64,000 bases of DNA from Raillietiella orientalis. Taxonomy: Eukaryota. The stretch spans positions 2,170,001-2,234,000 of the forward strand of contig JAYWIR010000035.1 of NCBI GenBank assembly GCA_036172245.1, read 5' to 3'. Position numbers and translations under genes: made by a program. This document shows, one piece after another, positions 12,986-22,643 of this stretch (its first letter is position 1; every line of letters begins with the position of its first letter). The notes under the pieces were generated by a model. That model saw only the letters and a program-made list of their open reading frames with translations. It searched no databases and was not told the origin of the DNA.

Positions 12986-15153
12986 TCGAATGGTTTGTGC
13001 AAATCGACCGCGACGGCAAAGGCTCCCGCCGAGTCCGTCCTATCCTCTGCATGATCTTCTTGGTCAGAAGGGAGCGCGAGGCTCCCTTGACCATCCTGAG
13101 CAACGCATTGTCGCAACTGCCACCATGAGCTGGCGAGAAGCAGGTTGCCTCCATGGTTCGTCCGGGAACAGCGTAGGTCTGCTCGGGACTCACCACGGAA
13201 GCGGCAATCCGCCCCAAACGCTGAGCCCACAACTTGGCATACAGCTTAGGGTCCGCATTCACTACTGTGATGGTTCGGCAGTTGCCAATATTGCGTAAGT
13301 CTCCTGATTTCGGCAGGAGACGTACTTTTGCTGACCGGAACGAGGCGCGAACTTCGCCGTGTTCGCGGATCAGCGTACTCAACCTGAGCACCAGGGGGGC
13401 CAGCTCTGTCGCGAAGTGTTTGTAAAACTCCGAGGGCAGGCCGTCCTCCCCTGGTGCCTTCCGTTTCTTTAGCTTTTAGATGGCAGAGATGATCTCCACC
13501 ATCGTGAACGGTTCCGCCAACCTGAAACGATCCTCCTCCTTGAACGCTTGAGCACCATCCGGCAGCAGGCGCTGCGCGAAATGGCGCTCCGGTGTTAGTG
13601 GCGCGTACAAGGAGGAATAGAACTCCCGTACGATGCGGCTTACCTGAGCTGGGCTGGAGCGTTCTTGGCCCTGATGGTCCAGCAAGCAGGCCGAGCCTGA
13701 CTGCCAGGCCTGCCTCTCCGCCTCAGCCTTGAATTCTGCCAGGCGACGGACGTCGGGACGCCTGGAATAACGGCGGGTCTGAAGGGAGGCCCGCTCGTTC
13801 CTGACCCCATCGCCGAAACCCGGCGGAAGACGTTCCAGGGGAAACTGGTCGCAAAACTCGCGGACTGAGCACTTGATTTCGTCCCAGTCGGCGAGCGTCT
13901 CGAGATGAAATCCTCGCAGGAAGGCGCGTAGATGTTCCGCCGCTCCTGCGAGGCGCAACCAGTCCCCTGGCAGGCGCCACGTTTTCAAGGGAGGGCCCTG
14001 GTCGCGTGGATGTATCTCGAGCACGAGCCGTGGATGGTCGGACAGCTGTGCCTGGAGCGTTCCTCGAGTTCCCACCTGTGTGCACAGGTGGTTGTCGAGG
14101 AACATGTGGTCGATGTTCCGATCTCTCCCGGCATCACCGGCCAACAAGTTGCGCGCATTGATGGCTGCGCATAACTCGTTGACCAGTCGTGCTCGAATGC
14201 ACGGCGCACATGCCAGCAGGCGGAAGTTGAAGTCGCCCGCAATGAGGTGCGCCCGGCGTACGCTTGCTTGAGCCAACCAGTCTCGCCGCAGGGATTCGAA
14301 AAACCCAGTGCGTTCCTCGGCCCTGTGGTAGCATACCGGAGAGTACAGGTTCGTGACTGAGGTCGATCGAGTCGGACCACTTGAACGCAAGCTGCCCAAC
14401 TCTACCTTCCCCGTCGAACCTCACGCTGCGCACTGTGTTGTCGACGGCTGGCTTAAGTATAAAGGCCACTCCCCAGGAGCGGTCGTTTCCGTTCCTCCAC
14501 AGTTGCCGCCCTCCCGCGATTCTTTCGATTTCCTGGACTTCTTCTGCTTTGAGAACGTGCGTCTCTTGCAGGAGCACCAGGTCGAAGTCTCGCAGTATGG
14601 CGGCTACGTCTCGCCTCTTACCGTCGTCGCGGAACCCGTTGACGTTCCAACAGGTGATGCGCAAGCGGCGGCAGGAGGCGAGCCCACGCATTGGTGTGTT
14701 TATTGTGGGGTGGAGGCGTCCTTCGCCTTTGCGGGAGGCGGCTCTTTGGCGGCCGTGACGACGGACGGCTGCTCACACGGGAGCACGTCTTCCACAGCGA
14801 CATCCATCGGGCTGGCTTCCGAGACACGGATCGGAGAGGGGTCGCGTGGCGCGACGCACATTGCCTCCTCCTCCGTGCCCGATGACATGGCCTCCTTTAC
14901 CTTCGGAGAGGCGACCCGTGTCGGGCAACCGGTCTTCTAGCCAGCCTTCCTCTTCGGCACTGCTGCGGAAGTAGAACAACCGGCTTCGGTTTCGGACTCG
15001 GAATTTTCCGGGCCCTTCACCGTTGCCGGTCGTCTCCAGGCCTTCTTCTCGGCCTTGGCAGGCTGCCGTAACATGGCTGCCAGCTCTTCCGCGGCCTACG
15101 GGAAGGTCGCGTCCGTTATACGCGCCGCTTCCTCGCTTTCCGCACCGACGATT
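12986..15153 (-). mobile_element. Subfamily C, 5' part (end of ORF1, APE, RT start), 5'-truncated
   Basis: MRGLASCRRLRITCWNVNG at 14691; reads into AVAVDLHK at the A junction. Confidence 0.88.
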
Positions 15154-16945
15154 GTTTTCACCCGGATATGTGGGGGCATTTATTTCGAAAAATAAATACA
15201 TTTATTTTTCCAGTGGAGAACCCGAAGGTGCACCACGCCAAAACAGCTTGCTGGTTGCCGGCGCTAGGCCGGAGAGGTGCTTTCGATGCGCGGGGGTTGG
15301 GACAGAGAAAACAAAACAAACAAAAAGTTTAAACACGTGAAGGAATAAATGTTTTAGGGATGGGAGGGCAGGGAAGGGATCACTATGCGCTCGGAGAGGT
15401 CCTCTAGATCCTATTCAGGATCTGGACAAGCTCTGTCCTCTGTGCGCCTAAGTGGCGCCACTTGCATACAGCTCGCAAGAATAGGCGAGTCCATCGTAAA
15501 GCGTTGCCAGTTGGCTGACGTCTTCTGGTGGCATTCCAAGCTGCCACGATCCATCGAATGCAGCAGAGGGTTGCTACAGAAGCGGGGGAAGAGAAGCCGT
15601 CACGACAGAAGAGGCGCCTGACAGCGTCATTGGTGCCGCATCCGCGCAAGTCCAGGATCGCCGTAAGGCGATCCCATAAAGGGCGGATGGCACTGCACTC
15701 AATGAGAAGGTGGGGGAAGGTCTCTTTTTCCCCGCACCGGTCGCACTGGGGATCCACAGCCCCCCGGATGGTGTGGTACAGGCGTGCTTTACAGGGTAAA
15801 CCCCAATGCATTACAAGCAACGCCACCTCCTGCCATTTCAGGGGGAGGGATGCACTGTTCGAGGACGCTGGGGGCCACTTCTTCTCCTCCGGAGATATTC
15901 CGAGTAGCTCGCCCCAGCGTCGAATTCCGTTGGGCGGGACACTCGGCGTCGCAGCGTGCGCTAGCTGCCGAGAGGTCCACGCCTTTATCGGTTGTGTCCT
16001 TCCGTTTACGGTGCAGGACACGGTCCATTTCCCCAGCTCCCTACTGTCCCTGGCACTGATGAGAAAGGGCAGCACTGTGGCAAGGGGGGTTATCAAAGCC
16101 CACATAAGCTTGTCGTGGGACTGCACGATCTCCTGCAGCGCACAGCGGGCATGCCTTTTCAGGCAAGTGTTCTTTGTGCCAGCCGGTACGTAGATCTTTT
16201 CCCAGGTGGACACTGACTCGTGCAACCAGACAGAGTAGTTCCCTGGGAGGCAGGAGATCCAGGCGTTCTCCCGAACCGCAACGAAGATGCGTCGCAGCAT
16301 AGAGCCACAGTGTGCTCTTCTGCAGACGCGCGCAGACAGAAACGACAAAAGTCTGCCGGATCCGCAGGTTCGTTGGGCCAGGAGGCGTGCTGGAACGCAC
16401 CAAGGCGTGTCCCACAATTCGGCCGCGAGGGCGAGAGTCCTGAATCCTAGTTGAAGTTCTATGCGCTCCAGCGTAAGTACGCCAAGTCCTCCGTCCTTAC
16501 GTGGAGCGCACAAGTCTTTGATCCTCATACGGGACCTCCCTTTGCCCCAAAGGACTGTCCTCAGGATGCCCGCTGCTCGTTTTCGAATAAAATAAGGGGC
16601 GGGGCAAACAAAAAGTAAGGCGCGAAGGAGGGGGGCCGGAAACGCGTTCCACACCGCGGCCTGTCCGTGCAAGTAGAACTTGCTTTCTTGGAACGGACCG
16701 ATCGCCAACGCTGCCTTTTGGAGACGGTCGGACGAGGCTTCTGCTGCGCAGAAGTCCCCCAACGGAACGCCAAGGTACTTGAAGCACCTGCCCGTGGGGA
16801 TCCCCATGCGGATCCATTTCGAGCGTCGAGCCCACGGCGAACCGACAAAGACCATGGACGACTTCGCCCTGTTCACCTCCTGGCCCGTCCCGCGGCGTAG
16901 CAACTCGAAGTCCTGGAGCGCCCTCTCCGGGGTGGACCCGAAGGC
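15154..16945 (-). mobile_element. Subfamily C, 3' fragment with terminus, in tandem with the previous copy
   Basis: Terminal hairpin/AATAAA at 15154-15184; ORF 15404-16993 is nearly identical to region 1-1250. Confidence 0.88.
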
Positions 16946-17630
16946 ATGAGCCTCCGGTCGTCCATGGTGACTGGCGCCGTGGGGAGTCCGCAAGAGAGGC
17001 GCGCGACTTTATCGATCTGATTCGCGCGCCTCCACATTGCGTGCACTGTGGCGAATGCCTCGAGTGCAACAATGATGTCGCGGTCCGTTATTCTCGGCCG
17101 AATTCCCGAGAGCTGGACCACGAACGATTGGTCCAGGGCCGAGGGGACGACCTCCTTACCCCTGATTTCCAGGGGGGTTCGCAAAAGGCGTTGGACGAGG
17201 GCTGCATCCTTGCAGTGCACCTCCCAATTTCCTACCGCGCTCACTGGCATAATCGCCAGGAGATCGTCTTCTCGGTCCCCTACGCGTACCAGCTCGCTCC
17301 AGAGCTGGTCGCCCGTCCCATCCCGGAACGCAGCACTGACCTTGTAGGCCAGAGGGGGGTTTAGCCGCTAGCGGCGTACGCCCGTAGCTCTGCCTCGTCG
17401 GGTTGGGCTCCGTGACCCGCCGCTGCTTTAGCAACGGCGGCAAAACTTCTCGCTGTAGGCGAGGGACGATCGGTGGAGGCTTCCACTCCTCCCGAAGAAG
17501 GTCCTGCAACGCAGGAGGATTCCTCCACCTCCATTTCCGCGGGCAGTGGCTTCATTTCGAAATGGAAAAAAATCACATCCAAAAAACAACCGCAAAAATT
17601 CCGAAGACGGAGCACAAGAATGCACGTATG
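16946..17630 (-). pseudogene. ORF1 5' fragment of an F-related subfamily fused to the C RT by a deletion or recombination
   Basis: RSFAAVA...ELRAY and CKDAALVQRLLRT resemble the F2 ORF1. Confidence 0.7.
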
Positions 17631-17653
17631 AACAATGGAAGGGGTGTGGCTGG

Positions 17654-18130
17654 TTATCACTCGGGTGCGCTGGGGCGTTTATTAAAAACTATCCGGGAAC
17701 AGAGTTCCTGGACAAAGGGGAAAACAAGATACGAAGTTGGTGGGATCCCCGACACGCAGGTCGGTATGGCGAAAGTCCGGAACGGTAGGGAGGGGACCAC
17801 AAATAGACTACTATAAAATATAAAAAGACAAATATGGAGGGCAGAGGACAGGGGTCTTTGGTTCGGCCGTTCCTTCCTTTCAGAACCGGCGATGGATGCC
17901 GGCGATCTCTCTCACGCTCTCTGGTAGGTGGGGCCACTCGGCAGCCGACGACATGTTTGTGCTGGCTAATCCGGTGGGCTGACGAACGATGGCCAGCTTC
18001 TCCAACTCTCGGTGGGCCTTGTCGATGGCGCGGGTGCAACACAAGGTTGCAACGATAGCACCTAAAGACAGGCCGCCTGGCGTGAAGAAGCGGGGCATCA
18101 AGTCCCTCGCGGTGTCCGCCTGGTGCAGGC
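17654..18130 (-). mobile_element. 3' terminal fragment of a further subfamily (G; F/H-like)
   Basis: Terminus AATAAACGCCCCAGCGCACCCGAGTGATAA; C-terminal peptide RFFTPGGLSLGA...IAGIHRRF. Confidence 0.8.
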
Positions 18131-18190
18131 GAGCTCTTCTCGCGTTCTCCTGTGTTGCTGGCTCACCTGTTAGCAGGCGGAAATTGAAAT

Positions 18191-19469
18191 TTATCACCCG
18201 GTCACGCCGGGGCGTTTATTTAAAATAAACCGGTCAGGTACGATGTCCCCAACCAACGAAACGACTAAGAACAAAGAGAAGTTACCGGTACACAGGCCTG
18301 GTGAACAAACCGCTTCCAACAGTGAGGGAGTGAAGGGATAACAAAACAAAAACACAAAATCTAGAGGGAAGGGTAACGGGTCTTTGGTGAGGCTCCGTAC
18401 TCACGGGGATTCACAAGAGAGAGCACCTAGAAGGTTCCGGAGCCTAAGAGGACGGAAGTGGACGAAAAAAAAAAAAACTTGATAGGCGGCGAGGGGAAAG
18501 GGTCACCGGTTGCGCTGCTGGGTAGCGTCTGTAAACCGACGGTGTATGCCGGCGAGATCCATTTTTGTGTCCTCAGTCAATTGAGGCCATCTGGAGGCCG
18601 CTTCCATATAGGAGGCTGCCTTTCCGACTACCTGTTGATGCTGCCCATTGTTTACCAGCGCCTGACGGGCTGAGACTATGGCGCGTATACAACCGATGGT
18701 TGCAATGCTTGCGCTTGTAGACAGCCCGCTCGGCGTGAAGAATCGTCGCAGCAATTCTCTTGCGGTGTCCACGGGATGCGAGAGTGCTGTTGCCAGCCTG
18801 CGCCACGGTCCTTGTAGGACACCGCAGTCCAGAAGTAGGTGCGGAATCGACTCCGTCGATCCGCACCGAACGCAGTTCGCAGACGCAAGTCCCCCGGAGT
18901 CACGATGCCAACGCTCGTTGCACTGAAAACCCTAGTGAACGAAAAGCATCACGGCTTGTTTCCAAGCAAGGGGGAGCAGCGAACTGTCGACACACTGTGG
19001 AGGGACTACAAGTTCTTCGGTGGTGACACCAAGTTCTTCTGCCCACCGGAGGAGTCCCTTTGTAGTAGAACGAAAAGTGGCGGCGCCGCCTACTCACTCG
19101 TCTTCTAGGCGCCAAGGTGTTTCGTTTTTCCCGCTATCGTGCAGGAAACCTCCCACCTCGCCGGTTGGCAACTGTTGTTTCTTGCCCTGAGGGCAGACAG
19201 CGCTGCGGCGAGAGGCGTGGCAGCCAGGGTTGAAAACTTGACCTCTTCCTGCAGTACCTCTTCCAAAGATCGCGGAAGAAGGTGGCGCAGGGGGCGGAGA
19301 TCTTCAGGGCGTATTCCTTGGAACGCCGCCCAGGATTCAACAGACTCCAGCCTCCAGGCTTCTACGTTCATTGGGTGGCAGGAGATCCACGAATGGGCTT
19401 CCAGAAGTGCGGTCAACTGCCGCAATGGAAAACCAAAACCTCGCTTCCTGTATTGGGTGCCCGCAAAAG
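18191..19469 (-). mobile_element. Subfamily F copy 1, 5'-truncated and joined directly to virus-like sequence
   Basis: Closely similar to 22331-23610; similarity ends at GCAAAAG (19469). Confidence 0.88.
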
Positions 19470-19872
19470 TAAAGCAGCCACGCCATCGCAAAAACAACCT
19501 CTAGTTTCCTTGACTGCATCTATTCAAACAAGGGCAACGTAATAAACAACACACAAAACTTGAAACAAATTTTATTAAAAGAGTCTTAAAACATTAGGTC
19601 ATAAATATGAAATATAAACACTATATACGAACTGCAGGTTCCTTCACCGCATGGGTTAGGCTGCAGGTAGTATCTCCTCATGCTGTCTAAGCCTCACTGA
19701 TCTAGGAAGCGTGTGCTCGAATGTTCGTATTGCTTCATATAACTTTGTCCTTATATGTGCTACGCGATCAGTTCCTACTTGCGGAGTGATCATTTAGATG
19801 AGCTTGAGGGATAACTCCTTGGGAACCTTAGAGCAGAAGGCCTCCCACTCCGGAGAAAGGTCCTCCTTAGAT

Positions 19873-20616
19873 TCAATTGCTTGTTAGGACGTGTGGTGAT
19901 AAGCATAGGGTAGATTTAGGGTAGACGTTCAACATGAACGATCCGAGCCTTCCCAAAGTCGCGTCGGCTTCCGAGTCATTGTAAGTCGTACGAGCTTGCC
20001 CCGTGATATACCTTGCTCCGATATGATAGTGTTTGGCATTAAGCACGATGCTGGCGTAGGCTTCACCCAAGAAAAGCATGTTTTCTATTTCTCGACAGTT
20101 AGCTGCTTGTGCCCAGTTTACCAAGCGCTTGAAGGCCTGATATGCTACTGCGTGTCTATGCGTGCCAGCAGGTGGCGACAAGAACCGTAGCAATGCATCT
20201 TGAGATATTGACAGAGGCTTGAAAGGTGGTCCTTGGATGGTCAGTTGCATTGATTCTATTATATGTGTGAATCCAGCGAGCTCTAACACACGAAGAGTGC
20301 TGCAAAAATGTCCCAAAATATGTGCAATGTCCATTCCTTTTTCCTCTGACAATGGGGACCTTGCGAATAGGGAACGCCACACTTTTAAGGGGTATCCTGC
20401 GCCACGAGTGTTATCCTTTCTGATTCCTGTGTGGTGATTTGTTAGCCACCAGGAGACTTTCGTTGCTATAGTCAACACCATACAATTGGTCGCCAACTGC
20501 TGACTCAAGGCAGCCTGGCTAGCAGTTCTCTGAGCCGGAGTCATGTCGTCCTTTTGAGGGGTACGGCGCCAATCTCCGTCTGGCATCAGTACATCGTGGT
20601 ATAAGGTTCTATTCAC
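19873..20616 (-). CDS. Endogenous virus-like ORF fragment, possibly a qin-like negative-strand RNA virus nucleoprotein
   Basis: 247 codons open in an AT-rich block unrelated to the LINEs; motifs ATKVSWWLTNHHTG and PAGTH. The family call is from recall and was not searched. Confidence 0.5.
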   Translation of the reverse strand: MNRTLYHDVLMPDGDWRRTPQKDDMTPAQRTASQAALSQQLATNCMVLTIATKVSWWLTNHHTGIRKDNTRGAGYPLKVWRSLFARSPLSEEKGMDIAHILGHFCSTLRVLELAGFTHIIESMQLTIQGPPFKPLSISQDALLRFLSPPAGTHRHAVAYQAFKRLVNWAQAANCREIENMLFLGEAYASIVLNAKHYHIGARYITGQARTTYNDSEADATLGRLGSFMLNVYPKSTLCLSPHVLTSN

Positions 20617-20619
20617 GTG

Positions 20620-20924
20620 CCTATGCTCGGCGTACGTTAGATTTGTTTGGTGGGAAGGTGGAGCGTTATTCTCGTTATCCTTGGGTTGATTGTGGATCTG
20701 GAGCTTCTTTGGATAAGGAATTGTTGTCAGCGGTGTTTTTTAACCGTATCCATGTGATGAAGCATATGTCTGGTGTGGATATTCCTGATAGTATAAAGGC
20801 TCAATGTCAAGGAGGTATGTGTCCCAAAAATGGCACGATGACTCAAGGATACCCAGTGTACCGAATGACGAAAAAGTATTATACAGAGTTTAAACATTTG
20901 AGAGACCCACCACTGTATTCGTAA
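20620..20924 (+). CDS. Putative CRESS-DNA virus capsid, C-terminal fragment
   Basis: Convergent with Rep; RYPWVD and terminal YYTEFKHLRDP resemble circovirus-like Cap ends. Confidence 0.5.
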
Positions 20925-20958
20925 TAAGAGAATATAAGCAAAATACAAAATAAAAGGT

Positions 20959-21663
20959 TTATTTGTCTGCATTGTCTAAGAGGGGTGACAAAGTTGAGCA
21001 AGAGGAGTCAGGCGAGTCGCGGGCTTGCCCTGTACTAGGGCTTGAAGGGCAAGCCCAAGGGAGAATGGCTCCACTATCGTCCATTGTCCAAGGACAGAGT
21101 CCAGCACCATCATATCTTGAGATGTCACGAACATTCCATCGATCACTAGACATTTTATCATAGTTAGGTTCCCAGTTGGAGAAAACAATGATGTGTGGGG
21201 GTTCGAAGTATTTGATACTCCCTTGATATTTGGAGTCAAATATTACACCATTCTTTAGGCTTTCAATGAAGCCATATTGGACTATTTCCTGGTTGTCACG
21301 TGTCAGATCAACGAGAATGATTCTCTCCCCGTTGTAGATATGAGCAGCATCGGCTTTTCTACATGAGTGCATGTATATGGCTGCTTTTTTTAAATATAAA
21401 AACTTGGCAAATATGGTTTTGCCGTTTCCTCCCACTGGGTCATAGTACCAGTATATTTTGCGATTGTCTGGTTGGTTTCTGATGATTTTCAGTATGTCCA
21501 TTTGCCAACTGCGTAATTGCAAGTTGGCCATTGGGTTAGGGTGGCTTCTGCTCCTCGTTAACCGAAAGCATTCCTTTACGAAATTGATGTTTTCACTGTA
21601 GAACTTAGTGTGGTTCTCCAGTATGTCGAGCTCAGTGGCGCCATTTTTAATTAGCTGGAGAAT
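20959..21663 (-). CDS. rep: CRESS-DNA virus Rep, SF3 helicase half
   Basis: LRSWQ, Walker A (YDPVGGNGKT), Walker B (IILVDL), motif C (IIVFSN) and SSDRW. The frame stays open upstream of the ATG at 21531 (ILQLIKNGATELDILENH) to an AG at 21664. Confidence 0.9.
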   Translation of the reverse strand: MLQLIKNGATELDILENHTKFYSENINFVKECFRLTRSRSHPNPMANLQLRSWQMDILKIIRNQPDNRKIYWYYDPVGGNGKTIFAKFLYLKKAAIYMHSCRKADAAHIYNGERIILVDLTRDNQEIVQYGFIESLKNGVIFDSKYQGSIKYFEPPHIIVFSNWEPNYDKMSSDRWNVRDISRYDGAGLCPWTMDDSGAILPWACPSSPSTGQARDSPDSSCSTLSPLLDNADK

Positions 21664-21704
21664 CTGGAATACAATAAAATTATTTAATTAAACCGTTAAC
21701 CGAC

Positions 21705-21995
21705 CTAAAGCGGATCTTGTCGTGTGTTAGTAGGACATAAATGCCATTTATCATCAGTGTCAATTGGGCATCTTTGAACTGCTTTGAACTGTGAAGCCAC
21801 CCATTCGCAACCGCTGCAATGTTCTTGATGGTGACTAGCGTTGGTTGGCTGATTGATGGGCAATCGTTTATCTTCGGGTAGGGCTACGTCCGTACCGGTA
21901 GTGAGCCGTATCTCTATGTCCCCATCCAAGTATGGAAGACTTTCACTGTATTCTTCGAAGGCTGCGGCTAGCTCATCTTCTCTTGTAGCCGCCAT
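21705..21995 (-). CDS. Small hypothetical ORF in the CRESS segment
   Basis: MAATREDE..., 96 codons, no recognised motif. Confidence 0.35.
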   Translation of the reverse strand: MAATREDELAAAFEEYSESLPYLDGDIEIRLTTGTDVALPEDKRLPINQPTNASHHQEHCSGCEWVASQFKAVQRCPIDTDDKWHLCPTNTRQDPL

Positions 21996-22266
21996 ATTCA
22001 AGTTGAAAAACTAATACCTGGGTAAAGAGAAAAGGTTAGTGTCAATTAGAATATCAGGTTCCCACCCAAGTGCCTATAAAGCAAAATGTTTGCAGGAACA
22101 TGCTCATTCCCCCCGTAAGACTGCTAGCACACCACATTACAAACATGCTGTGCATACCTATAAGTACCATGAAAGCTACCTGAGAGCAAGTTACTGTCAT
22201 TTGGTTGCCGAGTCGACACAAACAGGACACTGGATTGTCATACATTACAGTCCTAATTATAATGTT

Positions 22267-22303
22267 TCTGAACTTCCTTATATTACGAGGAAGGGCCCTC
22301 AGA
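22267..22303 (+). promoter_or_regulatory. Putative rolling-circle origin stem-loop
   Basis: CTTCCT-TATATTACG-AGGAAG hairpin carrying TATTAC, with an outer TCTGA/TCAGA pair. Confidence 0.55.
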
Positions 22304-22643
22304 GTGTTTTCTGATAGAGGAGATTGAAATTTATCACCCGGTCACGCCGGGGCGTTTATTAATAATAATAAACTGGTCAGGGACAATGTCCCCAACCAAA
22401 AGAACGACAGAGAACATAGAAAAATTACCGGTGCGCAGGCCTGGTAAACAAACCGCTCGCAGCGTGGGGGGAATCAGGGGAAACAAACAAAAATCAAAAA
22501 CTGGAGGGAAGAATAACGGGTTTTTGGTTAGGCTCCGTACTCACGGAGATTTATACGATGAGCACCTAAAATGTTCCGGAGCCTATGGGGACGCGGGTGT
22601 AAAAAGAAAATACAAATTTAGTTTATGGAGGGTAGGGCAATGA

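Noticed and set aside
21664..21704. 41-nt GT-AG intron fusing the small ORF to Rep
   Set aside because: Splicing at that donor leaves TAG in frame immediately before the Rep exon.
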